Assembly: GCF_009914755.1 (NCBI RefSeq) | Contig: NC_060925.1 | Length of the DNA stretch: 64,000 nucleotides | Direction: 5' to 3' (one strand) | Source: the human T2T-CHM13v2.0 reference genome, Homo sapiens | Part shown: one piece after another, positions 51,976-64,000 of the stretch | Position numbering within the stretch: the first letter of the stretch is position 1 | Layout: each line of letters starts with the position of its first letter | Translations under genes and position numbers: made by a program | The notes under the pieces: generated by a model | What the model saw: only the letters and a program-made list of their open reading frames with translations | Told to the model about the DNA's origin: nothing | Database searches by the model: none

Positions 51976-54573
51976 TTGCTCCCATGAACATGCCTCTATT
52001 ACTTTTTGACAAATAAAATTATTTTCACACACTATCCCTCTATATCCTGCTTTCATTAAGTTTTGGCCCTCCCAATTTCAGAAATCTGAAGTTACAACTC
52101 TCACCTGATTTCAGCTTTGGGGTTATCTGAAGTTACCCCTCAGACTTCTGGGAAGAATTTCTCTCTGTTACAGAGTTCTTTTCTCTCAACTGGGCCATCA
52201 TCTGTAGTCAGCTTAATCTATTCCTATTTCATTACAGCTTCTTGGACAATGAGCACAGGTTTGCCTCCCTAGTTATGCTTCCTTCCTGCCTTACCTAGTG
52301 GCATTCTACAATCCAGCCCTGTGTGCCTGCTTCACTTCACCAATGCACTTGAGTCCCATTCCTAACTAGTCCGTCCTAAATGAAAGACTCCTGCCAGACA
52401 GCAGCCTCTATACTCTCTGGGCAGTAGTTGTGGACTTGAATATTTACACTCTCATTCCATCAGAATAGAAAAGTTCCCTCTTTTGTTAACTGCTATATCT
52501 CTATCTCTGTGCCTTAGTAGGCAATCAATTCATATTTGTTTTTGAATTAACACCCTGTGGTTGGGACAGCAGATGTCTCATAGGGTCTTAGGCATAATGT
52601 CATTGCACTGTTTCACTTCACTGGAAACACACTGGACAATAAGCCCAGCTGGTAAGTCCCACAGGGATAGAACAAGAGGAAAGATGGAAATTAACCTAGT
52701 ACCCTGCTTCATAAGGCCAGAAGTGGCATCGCAAATTAATATTGAACAGTGTGAGAGCAAGCCACTTGTGCCTACAATAGATAGGTCAAAGTGAGCTATG
52801 CTTCAGGAGAGAATTAAGTATACAGGTGCAGAGCTGAGGAGTTCCTAGGGCTTAGCACAGAGTAAATATTGATCACGTGAATGAATAGATTAATTAATTA
52901 ATTAAAATAGGGCCTTCATGGGAACTAAGGAAATTAAAAGCCAAGGGTGCAATTTAGAGTAGGTAATTGTAGATCACTATTATGTGATACAGACTATTAT
53001 ACCACGTAGCACAATGTTACCATTATAGTACAACACTAGCATAAAGGTAATATTGTGCTATGAAGTCTGGTCACAAAAATCTGTCTCCTTTATATCCTGA
53101 AATCAGGATTCCTCTCCAAATATTCTCCTGAAATTGCAGTCATAAAATCTGGCTCAACACAAACCCAGTGGCCATAGAGTGTAGCAGTTTGCTCTCCTAC
53201 AGCAATAAATGAGTGTCTCTTTCCCCCATGCTTGCCAACCCACTGTGTTTTCAAACTTTTTGATGTTTCTCAGTCTGATTGATGAAAATTAGCATTGCAG
53301 TGAAGTTTTTATTTGCATTTTCCTAATTATAAAGAAAGTTGCCCATCTTTTAATGAGTTTAATGAGCTGCTGATATGTCTTTTCCTCTGAACTACTTATT
53401 TATGCCTTTTGCCTATATTTCTAGTGGGCTGTTGGTCTCTTTCCAAGCAATCTGTAAAAATCACTCATATTGTACAAAACTCAGTCCTTTTTAACATGAC
53501 CTGTAAATACTTTTTCCTACATCATTTGTCTTTTGACTTTGGTTTTATAATAAACAATGTTTAATATGGTTGAATTTATCAATATTTTCATGACCATGAC
53601 TGTTGCATTTTGTGGCATGTTTAAGAATAATTCTCCTAACCAGAATTATTCTTAAACACTCCCTTAATCTTCCTAATCATTTATAACAAGATAGATTTTT
53701 ACATTTACATTTTTAATCCACTTGGAAACCATTTTGGTCTAGAATGTTCAGTGTATATGATGCAACCTTTTTGATTCCAGATGGCTACCCAGATGTCTGA
53801 CTATTCTTCCTTTCCACTACTGTTTTAAAATGATGCCTTCATCAGACCCTAAATTCCCATATGCATTTAGGTCCATGTCTGGACTCTATTCTGATACATT
53901 GGTCTGTTTATGTGCTATCATACTACTATTTGAATTTGTATAACTTTATGTTTAATAGTAGAAATTTCCTTGGCCATTCTTGCTTTTTAACTTTTCTCTA
54001 CGAATTTTAGAAACAGTTTGCTTTACTGCAAAAGAAAGTCCTGTTGGTGATTTAATCAGATGACACTAAATTTATGGATTGACTTATATAATCCTGTCCA
54101 GGAAAAATACATCCTTCCTAATTCCTTCAAGTTTCCCTTTATGTTTCCCAGGAGGTTATAGAGTTTTCTTCAACTAGATCTTGCACATTTCTTTAGACTT
54201 TTCTCAGAAATTTTACCTGTTGTTGCTGTTGCCATAATAATTGGATTCCTTCTCATCAAATCCTCTAATGGTTATTTGTATAAATGAAGGTTATTGCTTT
54301 CTTTACATTAATTTTACACACAGTCACTCTTCCAAATTTTCTTATCATGGGAATAAACTTTCACTTGATTCTTTGGGTTTTCCCAAAAAGCAGTTTCAAT
54401 TCTCCCTCCTTCTCTCTTTCCCTCCCTCTCTTTTCCTCTTCCTCTCTTTCATTCTCCCTCTCTTTCCCTCCCCCTCTCTTTGCTCTCCTAATTTTGGCTA
54501 GTATCTCTACAACAATGTTTAAACATTTTTATGATGGTAGAAATCCTCTAGTCATATTTTTGTTGTTGATCTC

Positions 54574-54919
54574 TGTTATAATTTCATGTATGTATCCTCC
54601 CAAAATTCATATCTTGAAACCCTAACCCCCAGTAGGATGGTATTAGGATGTGGCATCTTTGAGGTTCATGAGGATGGAGTCCCCTCTGTGAGATTATTGT
54701 CCTTATAAGAAAAGAAAGAGAGCTAGCCCTCTCTATTTCTGCCACCTGAGAACACAATGAGAAGATGGCCATCTGCAAATAGAGCCTTCACTAGAACCTA
54801 GCCACGCTGGCACCCTGATCTTGAACTTCCAGTTTCCAGAACTGGGAGAAATTAACGTTTGTTATTTAAGTCATCCAATTTATGGTTTTCTGTGACAGCA
54901 GCTCAAACTAACTAAGACA
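54574..54919 (+). mobile_element. MLT1A-type solo LTR
   Basis: tgttata...aactaactaagaca with a perfect TSD ATCTC. Confidence 0.85.
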
Positions 54920-55208
54920 ATCTCTTAATATGATAAATTATATCAACAATTCTTACCTTTCTGAGCCTTTTTAATACCTATAATAAACCAACTTGATCTT
55001 TATATATTATGCTTTTAATTATGCTTTTATATCTTTATACATTATGGTACTAGCTTCTTTTGGCTAATTTTATTTAGGGTGTTTGCATCCATTTTTATAA
55101 ATGACATTGGTCTGTGGTTGTTTCATGTTCAATCTTTATTAGACTTACAATTTTATTCATTCTTGATGAAAGAATTTGAAAACTCTCCTTCTTTTATATG
55201 CTCTGGAA

Positions 55209-55402
55209 CTGCACTGTCCAATATAGTACCAAACAGCAACATGCGGCTGTTTAAATTAATAAAAGTTAAATAAAATAAACATTCGGTTTCTCAATAGAAC
55301 TAGCTGCATTCAAATGCTCAATAGCCACGTCCCTGACTACCACGCTGGTCAGTAAACAAGAACATATCTATCATCACAGAATGTTCTAATTTACAGCAAT
55401 GC
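55209..55402 (-). mobile_element. MER3 DNA transposon remnant
   Basis: ctgcactgtccaatatagta...tcaaatgctcaatagccac...tatcatcacagaatgttcta. Confidence 0.75.
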
Positions 55403-55729
55403 TATAGGAGAACTTAAAAGGGAATAAATCATCTGTTCTTTAATATGATGCTTTGAAAGAATAGTGTCTAGAAAAATGTTTAGGTCCTTGATGGAAATTG
55501 ATGTTCTGATTTTTCCACTTTTTCTGGAATTTGTTTTGAAGATTTATATATTCCTAGAAAATTATCCATATCTTTAATGTTTTTACCTTTATTTGAATAG
55601 AGTTGAAAAAATGTCTATTATGTTTCTTTTAATTGTATTTAGTTTTCTTTTCATCTGTAGTTACTTCCTCAGTAATCTTTTTATTATTTGAGAAATTTGT
55701 GCCACCTTTCTGTTTTCTTGATTAGATTA

Positions 55730-56071
55730 TGTGGTGGTCACCTAGAGTACCCAGTTGTTCAACCAAACACTAATCTAGGTATTGTCGTGAAGATATCTTG
55801 TGGATGTGAATAAAGTCTATCATCAGTGTACTTTAAGTAAAGAAGATTTTCCTAGATAATGTAGAGTGAGTGTGACTCAATCAACCAAAAGGCCTTAAGA
55901 GAACAGAGACCTCTCAGAAGAAGAAATTCTTCTATGAACTGCAGCTTTAACTAATGCTAGAGTTCCAGCCTGCCCTTCCTAATAGCCTGCCCTGTGGATT
56001 TCAGAATTACCTAAGCAGCCCTATAATCGCATAAGCCATTATGTTTCTCTAGTAGAACCCTGACTGATACA
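55730..56071 (+). mobile_element. MLT2-type (ERVL) solo LTR
   Basis: aaacactaatctaggtattg...actttaagtaaagaagat...agaaccctgactgataca. Confidence 0.8.
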
Positions 56072-59000
56072 AATTTGCTATTAGTTTTTCTGTTTTACTG
56101 GTTTTTCAAAAGGACATCTTTCATTTATTTATTAGCTGTATCTATCATTTCTCTTTTCTCTGAATCATTAATTTTTGCTTTCATCCTTCCTAATTCCTTC
56201 ATTGTAATCCATAAAATTATTTTATTGAATTTTTAATAACTTCTTGAGACATAGAAGTAACACATTTATTCTCACTTTTTATTAATATATATTTTGAGAT
56301 TTTAAATATTTCTCTGAACACTGCAAAATATTCTGTAAGTTATAATGCTGTTCTAGTGTTGTTATTAAATTTCTACATATTCTGCAATTTAGTATGGATT
56401 TTTTCTCTGAGTTATTCAATAGAGTATTTGGGGAATATTGTTTCAGTTGTTCCCCCAAAATTTTATGATTCTCATTTCCTTCAGTTTTTATTACTTTATA
56501 TCTTCTTTTATAGGAAAATGTTTTTTGTTTTATTTCCATTTTTCTGAAATGTGTTATTTTGTGTGTAGGGAAATGTATGGTCAAATTTTGTGAATATTCC
56601 ATGAGGACTTGAATGAAAAATGGACTCTGTTTTCAGGCTACAGTTTGTTATATATCAATTTGATCTTATTTTTGAGATTGAGGGCTTCTATATACTTAGC
56701 TAGCTATCTTTTGTCCACTTGAGTGTGAACTGAGAAATGTTCATATAGATATTAATATGTATTAATGAAAGCTCCATAGATATTAATATCTATTTCTTCT
56801 CATATGTTCTATAACTTTTTATTTATGACTATTAATGCTATGTAGTTAATGAAAATATATTTGCATTTTCTTCATTGTGAATTTCACCCTTAAATATTAC
56901 AAAGTGTACTTTTTTCATCCTTAAAATACCTTTAGCCCTAAATTCAACCATGTCTGATATTCTTTTTGCTTGAATTTGCCTAGCATAACTGCCTTTATTT
57001 TCATTTTCAACCTTTCTGAATCATTTTGCTTTAGAATTGAGTGTTGCCTAGTAATTTAATCTGACTCTTTTCCTTTACATGAATGGTTGGCCTATTTACA
57101 TTTATTAATATAATAATTTGAGTTTTGATTCTGACATTATATTATATATTAAAATCTGGGGTTTTCTTCCATATAGAATTTTTGTTTCCATTTCTTTGTT
57201 TTGGGTGTATCTTTCTTGTGATAATTTGAAGTGTTATTTTTGTTCTAACAGTTTTTTGTATAATAACTCCTTTACATAATACCCTTAAAACTCCATTTTC
57301 TTAGAGAGCACCTACTAGTTATCTATCATGAGCAATTATGAAAACAGTGTTTTTCTTCTCCATCCTATTTACTTTCCTCTCCCTAAAAACATCCGATTTT
57401 AATTGCATTATGTATTTATTATGTTTACTTAGGCAAGATATTTGTATTCTTAAATATAGTTACAGCTGCAATACTTAATACTTCTGTTTTATATTACATG
57501 TTTTGATCTCCACCTACAAAAAGTGAGGAAACCAGTATACCCATCCTACCTCCTGCCTTCTTTCTAGCTTTTTCTCCTATTATAATATGTATATGTATAT
57601 ATAATCATATCACTTTTATATTGTCAGAGCACATAACATTTATGGTCTTTTCTCATCCCTCAATTACCACAATTGTTAAATTCTAACTCTGCAGTTCAGT
57701 AAATTATTCTTGCCAATTTCTTTCTTGTACATTTTCTTGTCATTTTTAGTTGGCTAAAGTTCATTCACCAAGAGAACCTTGAAGAAGGGTTCATGGGAAC
57801 AATATTTTTTGAATTTTTGCCCGTTAAAAATATAAGAGCAAAAGACAAAATATTTTTCTTTTGCCTTTAAATTAAAAAAAAAATTCAATGAAGGTAATCT
57901 TTGGAGCACATTTTTTATTAAGAATTTTGTAGGGACTACTCTACCATCTCTCATCATGGTATAGTAAGGCTCTAGAGAAATCTGAGGTTGGCTTTTTTTC
58001 TGTCATAAATGAATTGACATTTTTTGCATGTCTTTCAAAATACCCTCAATATACATGTTTTGCTGAGGGTCTGTTCTTCAGAATCCAACTGTCTTACCTA
58101 TTCTTACTCCCATTTTCTCATAATACTGTTGTATAGTATAGACCTTGTGATAGTTTCTTTTCTGGCTACTCAGCTTGACTGAGGCTTTTTTTCTGGACTG
58201 TGTTCCAGGTTACCTGGAGTTTTCTTTATGATTCTTGGTTTTATGTCATACTGTTTACCCATTGCTTCTCTCAACCTATTAAGATAGGCATCTGTAGAAT
58301 ACTTCACAGTGAGAAATATCCCCCTTCCCTGATTCACATGCTAAAAGACTGACACATATGGCTTGCTACATGATTTCTCACTTAGTCCCACTTTCTCTGG
58401 TTCTGGAAACAAACCGAGTCCAGGAAAATTCTTTCTGACAGTCTGTGTTCTATATTTACCATTATTGAAAATGAATAATTTACTTTGTACTTCAGTGTGT
58501 ACTCTGAACTTTAAGAAGCACATTTGCCTGGCAAACTCCCTGGTTCCTTCTGGACATAACTACCCCTGCTCAACTTTCCCTGCTTTTAGAAGCCATTTCG
58601 CCCATTTTGCAGTTCAACATTTCAGCTGTTTTCTAATTTTTTCATATGCAGAATTTATATTTTAATTCTTATTCCTCTCCTTGCTTTTACATTATTTCCA
58701 AGAAGAGAAGGAAAATATCAACATCATGCTACCATCTTCAAACTGAGAATCTCTTTAAGGATTCCAAATATATTGTGAAGGACTGGCTCAGCATCCAGTC
58801 AAAAAAGAATTAAAATAGCTAAAGCATTTTCAAACGCCAAAGCATCACAAGAAGGCAATTTTTTGCTTATGTTAGTGTCTTTGCTCGAGACTTATTAGAT
58901 CATGTGGATGACATAAATTCAGACTGCAAACTACTATAATGTTCAGGTCTGGGGTTTCCATTTTTAGGGGTGCATTTTTTTCACTTAGAGCTTAATTATA

Positions 59001-59998
59001 TACCCATGTCCTTGTAGTTTCCTTATTTGGGTCATTAATTTTTTTCCTAGTTCTCCTTTCCCTGAAGATCTTAGGTCCTTGCTTTCACAGGAGCCTCAGT
59101 CCTACCTCTTCATTTCCCAAAGCATCTTTTCCTTCACCTACAGGGATATTAAAACCCAGGCTCTTACAGTTTTCACTATCTTAAGGTCAAGAATTAGGAA
59201 AGGATCTCTGGCCCTAAATAGTGTAATCAGGCAATGAAAATACATAGAAGCCTCCAGATGAATTAACTAAAAGGCTTCCTATAGAACAGTTCAGCAGTAA
59301 ATATTCTTCTTGTCCCCAAATAATGCACAGCTGTTTAGCACTTTGGCATTAATCACAAGGACAAAATCCCCAGATCTGCTCTCCAAACAAGCAAAAGTCT
59401 ACATAAAGAAGGCTCTTATTTCAAGTCTTTGGGTGAAGAGAAAAGCAGAGAACACCTGGAATAGCTTCAGATTTCCACAATAGGCAAGATATTCCTTACA
59501 GAACAACCAGCCAGACCCAGAAGTAGAACACATTGATGTTTTTTACCACCAGTATAAATATTTGCTTACTTTGTCAGTAGTGGGTCCTCAGCTGTCTTCC
59601 TCTCCCTGCCTACATAACACCATGATGAATCTTATCCCTCAGCCATAGTAAGACCTCCATTTGGAGAAGGCAACTTGGGGAAAGGCACATCAATAGCAAT
59701 TCAAGCAAGAAAATCCTACCAGGCCTTTAGGTGATGAGGAAAAGTAATTTCAAACCTAGAAGACTACCTCCAACCAAAGTATCAATCAGCTGTAAAGATG
59801 AAACCAAGACTTTTGAACATACAAAGATTTAGAACATTTACTGTTCAGGTACTATTTCTATTAAAAACTTATTCTAGATTGCTTTTTGGCAAAACAAAAA
59901 ATATTCAAGAAATTATAATATACTTCCTGTTTCTAGTAATGGCAGACACATTTATTTGGAAAATAGCTTAAGAGCTAGGTAAAACATTTTTAAATCTT

Positions 59999-60139
59999 GA
60001 AAGAAAGAAAGAAAGAAAGAGAAAGAAAGAGAGAGAGAAAGGAAAGGAAAGGAAAGGGAAGTAGAAAGAAGTAAGGGAGGGAGAGAGGGAAGGAAGGAAG
60101 GAAGGAAGAAAGGAAGGAAGGAAGGCAGGCAGGCAGGCA
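59999..60139. repeat. Compound polypurine microsatellite (GAAA)n/(GGAAA)n/(GGAA)n/(GGCA)n
   Basis: Seen directly. Confidence 0.95.
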
Positions 60140-60437
60140 AGCTGGGCGCAGTGGCTCACGCCTGTAATCCCAGAACTTTGGGAGGCCGAAGCAGGGAAGA
60201 TCAAAAGGTCAGGAGATCGAGACCATCCTGGCTAGCATGATGAAACCCTGTCTCTACTAAAAATCCAAAAAAATTAGCCAGGCATGGTGGTGGATGCCTG
60301 TAGTCCCAGCTACTCAGGAGCTGAGGCAGGAGAATGGCATGAACCCAGGAGGCGGAGCTTGCAGTAAGCCAAAATCGCGCCACTGTGCTCCAGCCTGGGC
60401 GACAGAACAACTCGTCTCAACAACAACAACAAAAAAA
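60140..60437 (+). mobile_element. Alu (AluY/Sc-type)
   Basis: Dimeric Alu with ggagatcgagaccatcctggcta and gaatggcatgaaccc...gagcttgcag, ending in a (CAA)n tail. Confidence 0.93.
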
Positions 60438-60547
60438 GAGAAAGAAAAGAGAGAGGGGGAGGGGAGGGGGAGGGGAAGGGGGAGGGGAGGGGGGAGGGAG
60501 GGGGAGGGGAGGGGAGCGGGGGGAGGGGAGGCGAGGGGAGGGGAGGA
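60438..60547. repeat. G/A-rich (GGGGA)n tract
   Basis: Many G3-G5 runs separated by single A. Confidence 0.95.
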
Positions 60548-61142
60548 TTCTAAAACAAATACAAGGCCAAAACTGAAGGTAAACTAGAAACCCAAGGAGA
60601 TAAATTAATATGGAAGTTACTTTGGCTCTAAGGGTATTTGCCAGTCCTAGCCAATTTGAATTTTTATTTTCCCTTTCAACTTTCATTTTGGAACTAATTT
60701 AAGTTCTACATTATGTATTTTACGTTAAACTTCTACTTTAGTAGTTTTGCGTGTGTTTAGCCTTTTATGAATGAAATTATATTATATATGTTATTCTGTG
60801 CCTGGCTTATTTGGCTCAACATTATGTCTTTGAAATTCATATATTTTTTGGTAGTGTATAGCTGTAATTTATACATGTATTTCACAATATATTTATCATG
60901 TATACTGTTTGATACTTGAGTTATTCTTGGCTTGGGGGATGCTCTAAATAGATCTGCTATACACAGGCTTATACATATCCCAGTACACAAGGATGTCCTC
61001 ACATCAATTCTCCAATATTACATTTTGTAACACCATTTGGCAACAATTTAATTTACAGGGGCCTTGACCATTTAATCATCCCTCAAGACCTCACACCAGT
61101 CCACTACACTGACAGTGTCATGCAGATAGGTCCTGGAAACAA

Positions 61143-61731
61143 TGTTACAGGGCCAATAGGTTCATATGCCTGCTTCACAGTAACATACCAATACACTGAG
61201 ACAGCAGGATTTACAGCAGAGAAAGAGTTTAAGTTCAGGGTGGCCAAGCAAGGAGATGAGATGAGACTTCAAATTCATCTCCCTGAGGAGTTCTTGGCTG
61301 TGCCTTTTAAGGGGATCATGGAAGGCAAGAGGCTGGAAAATTGGGGTCATAGATTGGTAGAGGTAAGGGGGATGAAATAATCAGTATGTGGAAATTGTAT
61401 TCTTTGGTGAGTTAGCTCCCCAGGGGGTCCTTCAGACCAAATGATGTCAGTAGCTTCATTAATAAGCAGGACCTGAAAGAACACCTCAAAGGAAAAACAA
61501 CAATTCATAATATTCAAGTTGTTAGTTATAGAGCAATTAAGAGTAACTATAATCTTGTAACAGGTCTACATGATTCTAGGACAATAGGCACCAAATAGCT
61601 ATAAGGAAGCATGTCAGAGAGCAAGCTCACATAATGATTATTGATGAATGGGCTGCAAGCTTGGTTTATTTTCACTAGCCCCCTTGCCTTCTTCCCTGAT
61701 TAATTTTATAAAGTTTATAGGAATGGTTTCA
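61143..61731 (-). mobile_element. ERV1 MER4-group solo LTR (LTR49/LTR51-like)
   Basis: tgttacagggccaataggttc...gagaaagagtttaa...tttataggaatggtttca. Confidence 0.7.
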
Positions 61732-61801
61732 TTAAGAAGTAGCAAGTACTTTCCATGTTTTAGTAAGGCCTACATAGTAAGTTGCACAAAAACAAAGAAG
61801 G

Positions 61802-62124
<323 letters not shown>

Positions 62125-62698
62125 TTACCTGTCATTTCAGAGTGGCCCATTCATAAAGAGCCTAGAGCCTGAAAATATCTGAACATAGCATCTCATACAA
62201 ATTCCTCACTGAAGATGAGATGCTTAATAATCAGAGCATCAGGAGAACTATTTTGTTGTTGATCCCAACTCTTTTTCTGGCCAGCACATTCACTGCTAAA
62301 TGAACTAATAAATTAAAGGCCGTGATGGAGGATATACATGGACTTACTAGCATGGACTTCCACTCACCAAATCTGACTTGGTTACTTAATGCTAAACTCC
62401 TGACATGGAGAAAGAGAAAATGGCATTATTCTCTATCATGAATAGGGTAGCAGTTCGTCCTCAAGAATAGACATATTACGGGTTTAGATTTGTTTCCCTG
62501 CTCATCAAATATCTGTCAGCACCACCTTTGGTGGTTATACTAAATTTCTTATGCATCATTGTGGCATCCTACATAATAGTGCCTCTGACAGAGGAACACA
62601 TTTCACAATGAAAGAGAGGAATAATCTGATGCCCATGGAGGGAAATGGCCAAATTATTTTCTAATTATTATGGACTTATAAAAGGCTTTTGCAATGAG

Positions 62699-62699
<1 letters not shown>

Positions 62700-62740
<41 letters not shown>

Positions 62741-62748
62741 CTGTGTGT
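62700..62748. repeat. (TG)n microsatellite
   Basis: Seen directly. Confidence 0.95.
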
Positions 62749-62759
62749 ATTTGTGGCTG

Positions 62760-63521
62760 CTGTAGAAATTTTTAAAGTTTTTTAATTTGTATATAAAATA
62801 CGATAAATAAGTTTTAAAATTTGATCACTATATTATTAAATATGCAAAGATTCATTTTCACACTATCTTTAATAATTTATAATATAAAAAGACATTTTTA
62901 CATTTAACAAGTGACATGCTACTTAATTTGCTTTAAGTTACATGTGTGTATCTGACTATATTATAAATAAATTCTTAAAATTGATATTATGCTTGATTTA
63001 GAACCCAAATGTAGGTCTTTGTAACACATTGTTAGATACAATCACGACAAATTTTCTATCTTAATACAGAGAACGCTTAATGTGCCACATAAGAGTTTTG
63101 ATTAGCTGAATGCCACTTAAAGATTTGGTAAGATCATCTTGAGATGAATTTGCTGAATTATTGTCATTAACTTATACTTCAACATCAAGCTTCATTATGT
63201 TTCTTGTATTTATCAACAGTTCATTATGAGTATAAATTAAATAGCATGCAACTATGAATAAAATAATTTAAAACTGTTTAATGGTCAAAACTATTAAACA
63301 AGAGTTTCTGAGTACATTCATCTGATTGCCATCAGCCACAGATAATGTTCATTCTATATCTGCTCAAGAATGACAAACTGTCCCATTTCCAAAAGGCAAA
63401 CTAGAAAATGTTAGTTTATTAGATACTTAGCCAAATTTCGTTACTATCTTTATCCACACAAACTTCCTTGAATACATCTATGAACCCTGGGAATTTGTGA
63501 GCCACCAGATAGGGAAGGCTG
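62760..63521. mobile_element. Possible hAT-Charlie DNA transposon remnant
   Basis: AT-rich body ending gaaccctgggaatttgtgagccaccagatagggaaggctg, which resembles Charlie termini. Confidence 0.4.
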
Positions 63522-64000
63522 GTATACTCTACCACAAAAGTGGCATCTCATGATGCCAGCTCTGAGACACAGGCTAGGCTGCTGCCTTACAGCATGCCAT
63601 TAAACTCTGACCAGTCTCACAGCCAACAACCAAGGCATGGAGGTGGGAGTGACACTTTTACCTGTTTATGCTTACCTTGACTAATTCTAAAAAGGGTTTG
63701 AGGCAGCTTGAAAAAAATTCGGGGAACATTAGTTCACAAATAAGCAAATAAGGCAATAAGGATAAAGGAAAAATAAGGGTAAATAATTAAGTGTTATAGA
63801 AATTGTAACACCTAAGGGAAGAAAACTTACACTGGAAAACACAACAAAGATTTTCCATATTTGGTACAGAGACAACCACAGGGCCACTAGAAGGAAGTTG
63901 CAGAATCTTGGCTTGTGTGATTGACTAACTCTCCACAGGAAATAGGGTTGCTATTCTGAAAAGGGAACTAAACATCTAGGGAGTCTTGGAGATCAAAGAA

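Larger units (their letters stand above)
53170..58750 (-). mobile_element. Long degraded L1M-type array, interrupted by younger elements
   Basis: T-rich antisense L1 ORF2-like sequence (tttatttgcattttccta, ccttggccattcttgc, gtgtttgcatccattttt). Boundaries approximate. Confidence 0.6.

Noticed and set aside
60085-60125. GGAA microsatellite as an ETS-fusion response element
   Set aside because: Consecutive GGAA runs are short and interrupted.
60294-60686. Gly/Arg-rich and Pro-rich ORFs
   Set aside because: Translations of an Alu tail and the (GGGGA)n tract.

Overview
Human (or near-identical great-ape) genomic DNA from the pentraxin/olfactory-receptor cluster, recognised as 1q23.2. It holds one intact protein-coding gene, APCS (serum amyloid P component; two exons, CDS 4987-5050 + 5166-5773, 223 aa). 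It also holds a nearly intact OR10J-family olfactory receptor pseudogene (15357-16286, probably OR10J6P) broken by one in-frame stop. The rest is repeat-rich intergenic DNA: two full-length dead L1s (L1PA3-type, L1PA7-type), truncated L1PA4-like and L1PA2-like copies, old L1M/L2/MIR, many solo LTRs, DNA-transposon remnants, an ERVL pol remnant and two Alus. I see no new gene system. The most unusual signal is three local sequence-copying events within about 15 kb, each using a template 2.2-2.4 kb away: an L1-to-L1 gene-conversion tract, a 251-bp inverted templated insertion and a ~240-bp direct templated insertion. Repeat subfamily names come from recalled consensus sequences and need RepeatMasker/Dfam confirmation.
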